The notes: generated by a model not told the origin, from the letters alone. Shown: positions 31,492 through 41,656, numbered from the stretch's first letter. The stretch is DNA of 64,000 nucleotides from an uncultured Fibrobacterota bacterium (GCA_963753345.1 CAVWBU010000021.1:32001-96000), one strand, 5' to 3'. Translations and numbers: made by a program.

Positions 31492-32651
31492 ACCCACCCC
31501 CTGCGCCCCCGGGCGAGCAGAAATACGAAAAACGGCGCGCCGATGATCGCGGTCAGGATGCCGATGGGTATTTCGATGGGGAACGCGACGCGCGCTACGG
31601 TGTCGACGAGGAGCAGGAACGCACCTCCCAAAAGCAGCGATGCTGGGAGCAGCACCGGGAAAGAGGGGCCCACAAGCATGCGGGCCAGGTGCGGCACCAC
31701 CAACCCGATCCAGCCGATCATGCCGCTGATGGACACCGCCGCGGCGGTCATCAATGTTGAAGACACGATCGCGATAGCCCGAATCCGTCCCGCGTCCACT
31801 CCCATGGCCTTGGCTTCCTCGTCGCCGAAGGAGAGCACATTGATGCGCCACCGCACGAGCAGCAAAGGGATGGCGCCCGCCAGGGTCGCGATTGCGGCGA
31901 TGCGGGCGTCGGATATGTTGACAGATGCCAGGCTTCCCATAAGCCAATAGGTGATCGCTGGTAGCTTTGAGTAAGGATCGGCGACGTACTTGATAAGCGA
32001 CAGAAGGGCGGAAAACAGGGTACCGGTCACGATGCCGCACAGTACGAGCGTCAATGTCTTTTCGCCGCGCTTTCCGACAAACGCGGACAGCGTGACCGTG
32101 GCAAACACCGAAACAAGGCCGAAGGCGAAAGAAAAAAGCTGGATCCCGATCACCCCGACCGAAAGCAGTATCGCCAAGGCTGCGCCGAAAGCCGATCCCG
32201 CGGTGACGCCCAGCAGAGAAGGATCCACCATGGGGTTGCGGAATATACCTTGGTAGCACGCACCAGAACCCGACAGGGCCATGCCAACAAGAACGGCCGC
32301 ACACATTCGTGGCAGACGGACATTGAACAAAACGGTGTGGCTTGCACCAAACGCCATGGTGTCATGGTGCCGCAGGGCGTTCCACACTAGGCGCAGCAGT
32401 TCGCCGATACTGACGGGGTAACGTCCGACTGTCAGGGCGACCACGGAAATCACGCATAGTGCGATGGCCAGCCCCGCCAGGATCAGGGGTCCCTTCGCTC
32501 CCGGGGAATTGACCGACTGATTTGTCTTGTCGCCGCCGGTTGCTTCATGCATCTCTGCAGCTCGGGAAGTTGCCGATTGTGAATTCGCTGGGCCTGAGTC
32601 GTGCCGAGGATCAGTCTTGACAGCCGGATCATGTGTCAAATTCTGGGTCAT
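31488..32651 (-). CDS. FecCD/BtuC/MolB-type ABC permease
   Basis: VRLPR, FRNPMVDP..LGV, GMIGWIGLVVPH, EIPIGILTAIIGAPFF. Confidence 0.92.
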   Translation of the reverse strand: MTQNLTHDPAVKTDPRHDSGPANSQSATSRAAEMHEATGGDKTNQSVNSPGAKGPLILAGLAIALCVISVVALTVGRYPVSIGELLRLVWNALRHHDTMAFGASHTVLFNVRLPRMCAAVLVGMALSGSGACYQGIFRNPMVDPSLLGVTAGSAFGAALAILLSVGVIGIQLFSFAFGLVSVFATVTLSAFVGKRGEKTLTLVLCGIVTGTLFSALLSLIKYVADPYSKLPAITYWLMGSLASVNISDARIAAIATLAGAIPLLLVRWRINVLSFGDEEAKAMGVDAGRIRAIAIVSSTLMTAAAVSISGMIGWIGLVVPHLARMLVGPSFPVLLPASLLLGGAFLLLVDTVARVAFPIEIPIGILTAIIGAPFFVFLLARGRRGWV

Positions 32652-32665
32652 TTATTTTCGCCGTT

Positions 32666-33211
32666 TCAATTTACCGTGTAGTAGCTGCCCAACGAGCACG
32701 CCATGCATACCGGCCCTTTTTTTCCGATTGTGTCCTTGCCGTCGAACACCCTTTCTCCGCACACAACGCAGGTGACAACCCGCTTGGGCTTGCCGGGCAT
32801 CTCTTCGGGCCGCAGGTTGACCCTCACTTCCCGCCATGCGAGCATCTCCTCATCCGGGATGTAAAGCGCCTGCCGGACCGCGCTTTCGTCTTCATTGTTG
32901 ATCGTGCGCTCCATGGCGATGTTCAGACGCCAGGAATGGTTCGTGGTCACATTCATGAATGTCGCGGCCATCCTCCCATAGTCCTTGAGTTTGAAGCTCC
33001 GCCGTCCCAGGCGAGTACCGGTGACCGTCTGGATTGCGTCGGCGATGCAGCGGTCGTTCTCCACCACGACGATCAGGTCTTTGTAGGTGGCCGGCGCCGC
33101 CAGCGACAAACCCTTGACGGCAAGGCGCACGCCCAGCACCTGCCCCATGCACAGGTGACCATGATAAGCTATGCATTTGTCAAGCAGCTCTTCGAGTTTG
33201 GGGTCTTTCAT
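32666..33211 (-). CDS. FmdE/FwdE family protein with C-terminal Zn finger
   Basis: YHGHLCMG, ENDRCIADAIQ..TG, CVVCGE...CMAC. Confidence 0.9.
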   Translation of the reverse strand: MKDPKLEELLDKCIAYHGHLCMGQVLGVRLAVKGLSLAAPATYKDLIVVVENDRCIADAIQTVTGTRLGRRSFKLKDYGRMAATFMNVTTNHSWRLNIAMERTINNEDESAVRQALYIPDEEMLAWREVRVNLRPEEMPGKPKRVVTCVVCGERVFDGKDTIGKKGPVCMACSLGSYYTVN

Positions 33212-33293
33212 GCCATCTCCTTTTTCATCTGTTAAAGGCTTAAATATTGATATGTGATGAAAATCAATATAAGAAAAACAGGCCAAGGATTTT

Positions 33294-33317
33294 CGCTATA
33301 TAAACTAATATACAACG
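33294..33317. promoter_or_regulatory. ModE box between divergent fmdE and TSUP genes
   Basis: CGCTATATA-N6-TATACAACG, flanked by TTT/AAA. Confidence 0.8.
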
Positions 33318-33512
33318 AAAGGAAAACAAAGGCAAACTCCTCCATTCCGGAGATAGCGGTCTAAGAGTCAGTAAGCCGATAAAGGACAAAGACCCTTTAC
33401 CAGTGTATCGATCGGCGTCTCTTATCTTTGGCTGCTGCCTTTTTATTTTTTATCCCTTTTTCATTTCCTTTGCGTAAATTATTTATTACTTTTCCCGAAA
33501 GGACTCCGCAGC

Positions 33513-34250
33513 GTGGATGTTACTATCCTCTGGTTGACACTCCTGTTTTTGATCGTCGCATTTCTGTTCAGTTCCGTCGGTCAGGGGGGTGCCTCGGGCT
33601 ATCTCGCGGTCATGGCGCTTTTCAGCGTTCCCGTGATCGAGATGAGGCCGATTGCGCTCGTATTGAACATCATCGTGGCATCCATAGCCACCTACAAATA
33701 CGTGAAAGCGAAACGGTTTTCGTTAAGAACGTTTCTCATTTTTGTGCTGCTTTCCATTCCTTTCTCGTTTGTCGGCGGGGCCATACGATTGCCCGGCAGA
33801 CAGATAAAAATCGTCATCGGCATTGTCCTTATCCTGTCTTCCTTCCTCATGTTGATGCGGGTATATCTCAGAAGTGAGTATGAGGTAAAAAAGGTCCCTG
33901 TCCCGGTGGGGTTCATCTGCGGCAGCATCATCGGATTTTTTTCCGGATTGACCTCAATCGGCGGCGGCATTTTCCTCAGCCCACTGCTGGTGTTCTTCAA
34001 ATGGTCGAGTGTCTGGAACGCATCGGGGATCGCGGCAGCGTTCATACTTGTCAATTCAATTTCAGGACTGCTGGGACAGTTGAGCCAGGGGGTAATCGTT
34101 AATGCGAGAATCTGGCCGTTTGCGGCGGCGGTCGTGGTGGGCGGCTATTTGGGATCGGATATCGGCAGCAGGAAATTGAACAATCGTGCCATAATACTGA
34201 TACTGTTTGTCGTTCTAATTATCGCCGCAATAAAGATAATTATAACATAA
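33513..34250 (+). CDS. TSUP (TauE/SafE) family transporter
   Basis: SSVGQGGASGY, SGLTSIGGGIFLSPL, hydrophobic. Confidence 0.88.
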   Translation: MDVTILWLTLLFLIVAFLFSSVGQGGASGYLAVMALFSVPVIEMRPIALVLNIIVASIATYKYVKAKRFSLRTFLIFVLLSIPFSFVGGAIRLPGRQIKIVIGIVLILSSFLMLMRVYLRSEYEVKKVPVPVGFICGSIIGFFSGLTSIGGGIFLSPLLVFFKWSSVWNASGIAAAFILVNSISGLLGQLSQGVIVNARIWPFAAAVVVGGYLGSDIGSRKLNNRAIILILFVVLIIAAIKIIIT

Positions 34251-34287
34251 GCTCATCTTGATTTTTATTGCAAAACCAAAAAGAGCT

Positions 34288-34427
34288 GGGCGTTCCCCTG
34301 CTTCGCAGGGGCGGCCCTCCTTCCGGTCTCGGCCGCCGGCCTCGGGCTGCCACCGCCCTATGCCTGACGGCGGGGTCGGGGCAGCATCCCGCTATAGCGG
34401 GACCATTTTTCCAGTCCGGCCTAACGC
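34288..34427. repeat. GC-rich multi-hairpin REP/MITE-like element
   Basis: GGGCGTT..CCCCTGCTTCGCAGGGG...TCCCGCTATAGCGGGA...CCTAACGC between convergent genes; single copy in the window. Confidence 0.45.
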
Positions 34428-34635
34428 TTGGCATAAGTCAATTTCCATTCTTATTTTCTTCCGACACCATCGGTGCCACTATGCGCAACACAGGTTCCAA
34501 TAGCGCTTGGCAGTATTAGCCGGGGTGCAAGTGGAGAGCCCCACTAGACCCTCGCGGATCCGACTATTCAGCGATCAGATATTTTCATCATTTGTTGAAA
34601 AAGTGGAGTTTTTCCTTTAGTCAATGACCTATGCT

Positions 34636-35493
34636 TCAGCCACTCTTGCGGCGCTTTTCAATCTTGAACCCGAAATCCGCTGGCGGGCCGAAATAGACGC
34701 TTGAGGTCGCGATGACCTGCGCGCCGGAGCGTGCGTACGACTCGATATTGTCAAGGGTGATGCCGCCGGTTGCGATGATAAACGTACCCCGCGAATCCGC
34801 CGCGGCTTTTTTAACAATTTTTTTGATTTCACCGGGAGCCATTTTATCACATTGGACGCCGTCAACGCCGGCTTCAACCGCGCGCTCGGCGTCCCCCATA
34901 TTGTCAACTTCAACGACAAGCTTTTTCTCCGGACATTCGGCACGCAGCCGGGGAATAGCAGCAAGCAGCCGGGAAAATCCTCCGGACAAATCGTAATGTT
35001 CCCGGAAAAACAAAACGGTCTCCGCCAGGCCGAGCCGGTGGGGCATGGCGCCTCCCGCGTACACCGCCTTGACGGACAGGTCCCGCGTTCCGGGAATTGT
35101 TTTTCTGGTTGTGGTCAGCGAGATTGACGGATTGATGCGCCGCGCGGCATCGAGCAGCATCCTTGTTCTGGTCGCAATGCCGCTGCAAAAGCCGAGAATA
35201 CTCACCGATGTTTTCCATGCCGCATGCAGTATGCCTGCAGTACCTTCTGCCGTTAGGACGACGTGCCCTTTTTTCGCCTTTGTTCCATCCGTGAGACAGC
35301 CGTGAACCGACCCGCCCAGTTTGTGAATGATTCGTGATACTTCATCGGCCCCGCAGACAATGCAATCCTGGCGGGAGATGAAAGAGGCATGGGCGGGTGC
35401 ATCCTTTATATCCAGCAGCGCGGTGGTGAGGTCCCCGAAGCGAATGTCCTCGTCGAGAAAATTGTCAATGATTGAATCGCGGATGAAATACAT
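34636..35493 (-). CDS. modD: ModD (NadC-like) molybdenum-utilisation protein
   Basis: LDEDIRFGDLTT, SGIATRT, TTRKTIPG, HRLGLAETVLFF, VQCDK; downstream of modE. Confidence 0.9.
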   Translation of the reverse strand: MYFIRDSIIDNFLDEDIRFGDLTTALLDIKDAPAHASFISRQDCIVCGADEVSRIIHKLGGSVHGCLTDGTKAKKGHVVLTAEGTAGILHAAWKTSVSILGFCSGIATRTRMLLDAARRINPSISLTTTRKTIPGTRDLSVKAVYAGGAMPHRLGLAETVLFFREHYDLSGGFSRLLAAIPRLRAECPEKKLVVEVDNMGDAERAVEAGVDGVQCDKMAPGEIKKIVKKAAADSRGTFIIATGGITLDNIESYARSGAQVIATSSVYFGPPADFGFKIEKRRKSG

Positions 35494-35522
35494 ACTGCCT
35501 TCTTAACAAATGGTGACGGTTT

Positions 35523-36326
35523 TTACTCGGTTACCGCAAGAATAACCTGTGAGGCGTTGAACAACGCGCACACATCACTGCCTTTAGATAGTTTCATGTC
35601 TTCCGCGCTTTGTTTTGTTATGGTGGCGACGACGGTCTTGCCGCCGCTCAGCTTTATTTTTATCTCATCGTTCACCGCGCCCGTGACGATGCCGGATACT
35701 TTACCGCTCAGGCGGTTCATGGCGCTCGTTTTGGTTTTTTCATCATCAACCATGAGGATCACTGCCGGTGCCTTGATAAGCGCCATCGCTTTCCCGCCCT
35801 TCAGGAGATTAAGCTCCCTGGCGCTTTCATTGGTGATCACCGCGGTTATGGTGTCCTTCTCGCTGATGCGTAAAACGACTTCGGCCGACACCGGACCGTG
35901 AATGACTTTTTCAATGATGCCGGAGAACTGATTGCGCGCGCTGGTCTTCAAGATAAGGCTCCTAGTAAAATCGGTGAAAAAAGCAAAATCATTTTCTTTC
36001 CCGGACAAGGTTTTTGTGAAAACTTCGAATTGCCCCTTGTGGTGATCATACTCATCGAGGATCCTTTTGCCATAGTCGGACAGCCTGCATCCGCCGCCGT
36101 GCCTGCCACCGGTGCTGGCGACAACGAGCGGTTTCGACGAAAGGTTGTTGAGCCTGTCGATAAGGTCCCAGGCGGTCTTGTAGCTGATGCCGGTTTCCTT
36201 GGCCGCCGACGTTATTGATCCGAGTTTGTCAATGCTCTTAATGAGTTCGAGCGCGTTTTTTTCGAGCAGGTGGCGCCCGCCGAACAGGAGCCAGAGGGGG
36301 CCGGAATAGGGGGAATGGTCTGCCAT
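35523..36326 (-). CDS. modE: Molybdate-responsive regulator ModE (wHTH plus 2 TOBE)
   Basis: GSITSAAKETGISYKTAW, TGGRHGGG, KTSARNQF, TSAMNRL. Confidence 0.93.
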   Translation of the reverse strand: MADHSPYSGPLWLLFGGRHLLEKNALELIKSIDKLGSITSAAKETGISYKTAWDLIDRLNNLSSKPLVVASTGGRHGGGCRLSDYGKRILDEYDHHKGQFEVFTKTLSGKENDFAFFTDFTRSLILKTSARNQFSGIIEKVIHGPVSAEVVLRISEKDTITAVITNESARELNLLKGGKAMALIKAPAVILMVDDEKTKTSAMNRLSGKVSGIVTGAVNDEIKIKLSGGKTVVATITKQSAEDMKLSKGSDVCALFNASQVILAVTE

Positions 36327-36457
36327 GCTTTTAAACCTTTTGAAGAATCCAAATGTCCTTTTCAAAGAAAATAGTCTTGTCCACGTTTCGAAACAATATC
36401 CGCAATGACAAACCGGGAAAGTTTCATAACGAAGACATGCAAAAAATGACAGACAGG

Positions 36458-37384
36458 TCAGCGGGAAATGATTTTCGAGCAGCTCTCCCTTACCGGATAG
36501 TTCAATTCCGTCAGGCTGTATCCCGCTTTGCTAAAAAAAACGTGAACATAATAGGGGTCATTTTGTGAAACTTCCTTGATTTTCCCCAGTAAATCTATTT
36601 CTCCGCCTTTCACCAGCGTTCCCGCTAATTTTGCCGCCTTGATCCTGATCACATAGCCGTTTTTCAAATCCCCGTACCCCATGCATTCGATGATGAATTC
36701 CTTCATCTCCTTTTTCATTTTTTCACCGGGCCTATTATTTGTCAGCAGATAATTTTCGTACATGTCCAGCATGCCGTACCTGGAATCCTTCTCAAGCATG
36801 TCGACGACGGATTCTCTCCCCGGATACAGGCAGCAGAACTTGCTTTCTATGTCCTTGAGCCGTCTTAAAGAAAAAGAAGCTAGTTCCTCGTTCATTGGTA
36901 TCATTTTAAGCATGTCCGGGTAACCGCGAAGGTAGAGGAAGGACCTTGCCATTGTCCGCCTCGCCATCTTGCTGTCCGTTTTCCCAAGTATGTGGAAAAG
37001 GGGAATGTAAATCCTTATATCGTCCTCGTTCTCTTCCGACCCTTCCGGGTTGTACCATCCCAGCAATCTCGAATCAATTATGTCGGCCGCGCTTCCGACC
37101 ACTTTTTGGTCACCGGATAATTTGTCAAATATGAATTGCGATTTTCCGTCGTCCTTCTTCAGCCCTTCAAGCGTTTTCAACAGTATGATGCATCCGGCAT
37201 CCTGCACCAAAGGATCTTCCGAAAGCAGGTCCTTTTTGACGGTTTCGATAATCGTATTGGCGTCAGCATGTTTGTAGGTTTCCAGAAGCCATATCTCGTC
37301 CTGCATTTGTTGTTGGCCGCTTAATACGTTTTGCAGGAACATAACAATAAAGAATAAAATTGAGCGCATAATATTTTTTGACAT
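36458..37384 (-). CDS. Hypothetical exported protein
   Basis: 308 aa ORF with signal-like N-terminus and SD GAGG. Confidence 0.65.
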   Translation of the reverse strand: MSKNIMRSILFFIVMFLQNVLSGQQQMQDEIWLLETYKHADANTIIETVKKDLLSEDPLVQDAGCIILLKTLEGLKKDDGKSQFIFDKLSGDQKVVGSAADIIDSRLLGWYNPEGSEENEDDIRIYIPLFHILGKTDSKMARRTMARSFLYLRGYPDMLKMIPMNEELASFSLRRLKDIESKFCCLYPGRESVVDMLEKDSRYGMLDMYENYLLTNNRPGEKMKKEMKEFIIECMGYGDLKNGYVIRIKAAKLAGTLVKGGEIDLLGKIKEVSQNDPYYVHVFFSKAGYSLTELNYPVRESCSKIISR

Positions 37385-37629
37385 GCAATAGCCTCTTTGA
37401 TAAGTTTTATCCTAAACTTCGAGGTTCATAGTATATTAAAGCATGAGATGGATTAATCAATTTGGGGCAAAGAAAAATTCGCGAAATAAGAATAGGTGGA
37501 TTTGTGAAAACAGGAAGATTTCCCCTTATTTTTTGTTGCGCACTTTCTACGGATTTTTTGTTTTCAATCTGGATTCCGGCATTTGCTGAAAGTAATTCCC
37601 GATCGAAGAATCTGTATATAATAATCCTA

Positions 37630-38320
37630 AACAGCACACCAAGGAGAAGCTGGCTTCTGAATTAAGGAATATACATGATAGGTTTCAAACAGCTTTTGTT
37701 CACCTATCGCATAATTTTGAAGAGGTGGCACAGGTGGCGGACAGGGTCGCCCTTATGAAAACAGGTTCTGTTGAACAAATAGGCACCGTGAATGAAATAC
37801 TCAAGCATCCTGTCAGCAGGTATGCGGCTGAATTTACAAGGACAAAAAATATTTTTGAAGGGACATCTGATTTACTTGAAAATGGTCGAACAGCCATTTG
37901 CCTTGGGAACGGCATTTCATTGAATCCCACGCGAGCGCATTCCTCGAAGCTTGCTTCGGGGTTAGCGAGCGACTACAAAAATGTCTTATTCCATAGGGAT
38001 GGAAAGATTCCCCGCAGCTTGCTGCGGGCTCTTTCAATTCTTGCGTTGAATATACAGGCAAGGTTTTGGTCACCATTAGGCCCGAAGCAATATGCGTAAG
38101 CGACAAGCCCTATACGATGTCCGAAAACATGTTCAGGGGAAGAGTTTTGAAAACATGGAACATGGGAATCTTCACAAGGATAGATATTGACATCGGCATT
38201 GTGGTTTCCGCGTATATGCCAAATCATCCATGTAACGGAAATTTTGGAAAGAATGATGATATTGTTTATATACACATACCACCCGAATCGATAAATATGA
38301 TTAAATGCAGTCAGGGATGA
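37630..38320 (+). pseudogene. C-terminal remnant of a ModC/WtpC-like ABC ATPase, interrupted by the miniature element
   Basis: HLSHNFEEVAQVADRVALM...TKNIFEG, then in another frame VTIRPEAI...ENMFRGRV; Walker A/B region missing. Confidence 0.75.
37920..38037 (+). mobile_element. Two-hairpin miniature element, copy 2 (113 bp net, frameshifting)
   Basis: TTGAA...TTCAA ends; removal restores GISLNSCVEYTGKVLVTIRPE. Confidence 0.9.
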
Positions 38321-38411
38321 TTATTTTGTTTTTTGCGAATGCTTGAAAATAACTCTGCCGGAAATTATGTTTGGTCGCTATGCAAAGAAATTCCGCCTGC
38401 CGTTTTCAATC

Positions 38412-38675
38412 ATGCTGACCGAGCACGACGATCTTTCGCGACGATGCCCGATGCTGGGTCATGAAGTGCCTTTTTCATACTGCCGGCAGCCCGGTCAGGA
38501 AAATCCGTGCAGTAGGATGTTCGACTGCTGGTGGGAAGCGATTGACATCCGGACCTTCGTCGCGGATAACTACAGTGGAGATGTTCAGAACGCCATGATT
38601 CAGCCGCCCAAACCGAAAACGCTTTCAATTCTCGAACTCATCGAACAGGCGCGCAGAAGAAATTCGGAGCGCTAA
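38412..38675 (+). CDS. Small Cys-rich hypothetical protein
   Basis: RRCPMLGHEVPFSYCR...PCSRMFDCWW...PKPK..SILELIEQA. Confidence 0.65.
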   Translation: MLTEHDDLSRRCPMLGHEVPFSYCRQPGQENPCSRMFDCWWEAIDIRTFVADNYSGDVQNAMIQPPKPKTLSILELIEQARRRNSER

Positions 38676-38948
38676 GCGGTTTCGCGCGCATAGGCAACAA
38701 AATGTCGATGCCTTGTCGTGATCGCTTAATGGTACCCGTTGTGCTGGCATGCCTTGCTTGCATCAAGGACGGTAACGTTCTTTGCTTCATATTGTTTGAT
38801 CGCATGTCCCCCGCATCACTGAAGAATACTGCCGACCAAGCCTACGGAGGCAAGCCGGAATTTGCCAACAAGGTGATTACAATTATTGGAATTCATACAG
38901 CCGGAACATAATTTGATATTAGCATATGCCAGAAACTCAGGGAGCCCC

Positions 38949-39398
38949 ATGCCACGACCGTGCAAGGCAAGAAGAGTAATCTGCAACCCGCAGGCCAGCA
39001 GCTTTGGCCCGAGTGGGATTGCCAAACGGGAACTTGAATCGGTAACACTATCTCTGGACGAGTTTGAAGCAATACGCCTTGCAGATCATGAGAGGCTGTA
39101 CCAGGTGCAGGCGGCAAAGAAGATGAACGTTTCCCGCCAGACCTTCGGGAACATCGTTGCATCGGCGCACAGGAAAGTGGCGGACTTCCTCATCAATTCC
39201 AAGCGATTGTCCGTGGAGGGCGGGATTGTTGAAGTCGGAACATGCCGGTTCATCTGCGCAGCGTGCGGCCACGCGTGGTCGGTTGCGCGCGGCACGGGGA
39301 GACCGGACCGATGTCCGCAGTGTAAGGGAAAGGAGTTCTGTTGTGAGAAGAAAATCGGTAAAGGGAAAAATATTCAAACCTGCTGGAGGAGCCAATGA
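38949..39398 (+). CDS. DUF134 DNA-binding protein with C-terminal Zn ribbon
   Basis: MPRP.K.R, LDEFEAIRLAD...Q..AAKKMNVSRQTF, CAACG..CPQC. Confidence 0.88.
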   Translation: MPRPCKARRVICNPQASSFGPSGIAKRELESVTLSLDEFEAIRLADHERLYQVQAAKKMNVSRQTFGNIVASAHRKVADFLINSKRLSVEGGIVEVGTCRFICAACGHAWSVARGTGRPDRCPQCKGKEFCCEKKIGKGKNIQTCWRSQ

Positions 39399-39760
39399 AA
39401 ATCTGCATGCCGGTACTTGAGGACAAAGGGATGGAATCTGTCGTTTACGGTCATTTCGGCAGCGCGCCCTGCTTCGCACTGTACAATTCGGAAACGGGAA
39501 GCGTGATGTTTTCCACAAACAAGGAAAGCGAGCACGAGCATGGGAGCTGCATGCCTGTGAGCGCACTGAAAATCCTGGGTGCCGAAGCCGTGGTGTGCAG
39601 GGGCATGGGATTTAGGGCCGCGAACCATCTTGTGGCAGCCGGAATAAAGCCGTTTCTTGTAGAGGCGGAGACTGTTGCTCAAGCGATCGCCAAGTACGAC
39701 AGCGGGGACGTCAGGGTGCTTGACGAGAGCACCGCGTGCCATGTACATGACTGCCATTGA
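39395..39760 (+). CDS. NifB/NifX (FeMo-co binding domain) family protein
   Basis: MKICMP, GHFGSAPCF, HEHGSC, VCRGMG, CHVHDCH tail. Confidence 0.85.
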   Translation: MKICMPVLEDKGMESVVYGHFGSAPCFALYNSETGSVMFSTNKESEHEHGSCMPVSALKILGAEAVVCRGMGFRAANHLVAAGIKPFLVEAETVAQAIAKYDSGDVRVLDESTACHVHDCH

Positions 39761-39954
39761 CATAGACTGACAATCATTGAAAAAACGTACATTTGTGCCT
39801 CTCAGGTAAAACGACAGGGGAGGGGGAATGCGGTATTTACAAGATAAAACAGGGCCGCGGCTGAGGGAAAAAAACCGCACGAGCGGAGCGAAAAACCGAT
39901 ATTATGAACGGGCTATTTCTTGAAAGTTCTATCAACCTAAACGAGGGGGCGATC

Positions 39955-40962
39955 ATGTACGTTTGCAGTTATTTCGGGAAGGTGGCGATTGCCGTAGGTG
40001 TTGCTGTCTGTGGAATGGGTTTTTGGGGAGCCGCGAGCGCGCAGGATACGGTGCAGGTCAACATCAAGTCCTTACTCAATGCCCGCTCCGTAACAACCTT
40101 TTCGAACGGTAAATTGTATACATGGACTCGAGGTATAGATAACAATGGGTATGGCGACGGATACGGGACACACTCCGCAGCCATGCATCTTACACCGCAG
40201 TATACCGGGCACACCCTGCCGGACAGTGCGCGGTATCCGGCCAATTTCAATCATCCATTGATGATATTGAATTTTTCCAATTCGGACAGCACAGGTTTCC
40301 AAACGCATTTCCTTTCCGGTTCGGATTCAGTCACAATTCCGGTATCTCAGGGAAATTACTCGGCGCTCTACTTTGCCTTAATGAGTTCGGAAGGTTCGAC
40401 AGCAATCAAGGTTGTACTCAACTATTCGGATGGTCCGGTGACTTCCACCTTCACGCTGAATGATTATGATCAACCTCTCGCTGCAGGTGTTTTTCATGTG
40501 GACTCCAACATGCAAAAGTGGAGCACTACGAATGTTCCGGTTGACAACTACGGTCATAATCTCGATGGTTTTTGCGTCCCGACGAATTCATTAAAGACTC
40601 TTGACAGCGTCAAGCTTGTAAAAACTACAGCGGGAAGCTACGTCACCCTCTGGGGCGTCACCGGCGTGGGCAGCAATATAACCACATCCGTATCGCAACC
40701 GGCCGTAAGAGCCTCATCTGACGAGGTTCACTTCCTTGGCGGCCGCGACGGCAGGATTCAATTCTCAAATGTTAAGGCGGGTGCGGAACTGTCGGTGTAC
40801 TCGCTGAGCGGCACAAGGGTCGCGCGTGCTGTGTGCTCCGGCCGAGGAACGTTCACTCTCGGCGACCATGGCTCCGACGCCAGGGTGTGTCCCGGCGTGT
40901 ATATCTGCGAATTGCGGCAGGGGCAACACATGCAATGGATGCAGGTCGTGGTGCCTCGCTAG
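39955..40962 (+). CDS. Secreted protein with T9SS-like C-terminal domain
   Basis: Signal peptide (ASA-Q); LSVYSLSGTRV...PGVYICEL tail. Confidence 0.75.
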   Translation: MYVCSYFGKVAIAVGVAVCGMGFWGAASAQDTVQVNIKSLLNARSVTTFSNGKLYTWTRGIDNNGYGDGYGTHSAAMHLTPQYTGHTLPDSARYPANFNHPLMILNFSNSDSTGFQTHFLSGSDSVTIPVSQGNYSALYFALMSSEGSTAIKVVLNYSDGPVTSTFTLNDYDQPLAAGVFHVDSNMQKWSTTNVPVDNYGHNLDGFCVPTNSLKTLDSVKLVKTTAGSYVTLWGVTGVGSNITTSVSQPAVRASSDEVHFLGGRDGRIQFSNVKAGAELSVYSLSGTRVARAVCSGRGTFTLGDHGSDARVCPGVYICELRQGQHMQWMQVVVPR

Positions 40963-40998
40963 GCGTCTGATATCTTGAAATCTACCTTTTGTTAATTG

Positions 40999-41032
40999 GA
41001 GCCCGGATGACTCATTCGGGCTCTGTTATTTT
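40999..41032 (+). terminator. Putative intrinsic terminator
   Basis: GAGCCCGGATG..CATTCGGGCTC followed by TGTTATTTT. Confidence 0.55.
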
Positions 41033-41242
41033 CCTTCAATAGCAGCTATTTGCCAATAGATTTAAAAACTGCTTCACGATGATTGAGCAGAATCTCCGCC
41101 CGCCGGTCTTCGCAACTGATCTCTTGGCAAGTTGTACGGGGTTAGCATAATTCCGGCAGTAGGTGCTTATACCATATATACTGCTTTCAAGGTGGTCAAA
41201 TAGCGGATAAGGCAAAAGGGCGTTAGAACCCCAGAGCCGGGT

Positions 41243-41656
41243 TCATGATGCGGCCGATTTCATCACAGCGGCAATCTGGATAGCAGGCGGCGCGGCCAGG
41301 TGCTTTTTGACTGGGCAGGATTCGGCCGCCCTCACAACCGCCGCACGGTATTTTTCGGGAAAATCCAGCGGCAGGCCGATGTCGATCGTAATTTTGTCAA
41401 CCATATGGGTCGTATCGTTCCTGTAAATCGTTTCCGTGATTTTTATTGAATCGGTAGGGATAGAACGTGATGCGCAGAACTCGCTGACATAGAACCCGGC
41501 GCACGTGCCGATCGATGCGAGGAAAAGATCGAACGGGGAAGGAGCGCTGTTTTCCCCGCCAGCGGAAACGGGTTGATCGGTGCAAATCGTAAAGCCCTTT
41601 ACCTTTGCATCCACTTTCTTGCGGGAACCAAGCACAATTTCAAATTTCTTTTCCAC
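41243..41656 (-). CDS. OsmC family protein
   Basis: TDQP...GGE..APSPFDLFLASIGTC, SCPVKK. Confidence 0.88.
   Translation of the reverse strand: MEKKFEIVLGSRKKVDAKVKGFTICTDQPVSAGGENSAPSPFDLFLASIGTCAGFYVSEFCASRSIPTDSIKITETIYRNDTTHMVDKITIDIGLPLDFPEKYRAAVVRAAESCPVKKHLAAPPAIQIAAVMKSAAS

Noticed and set aside
30715-32304. 529-aa ABC ATPase
   Set aside because: The upstream part overlaps the permease in another frame; the real start is the ATGA-coupled ATG at 31491.
38949-39760. Nitrogenase cluster
   Set aside because: The NifB/NifX domain with DUF134 is common in non-diazotrophs; no nifHDK in the window.
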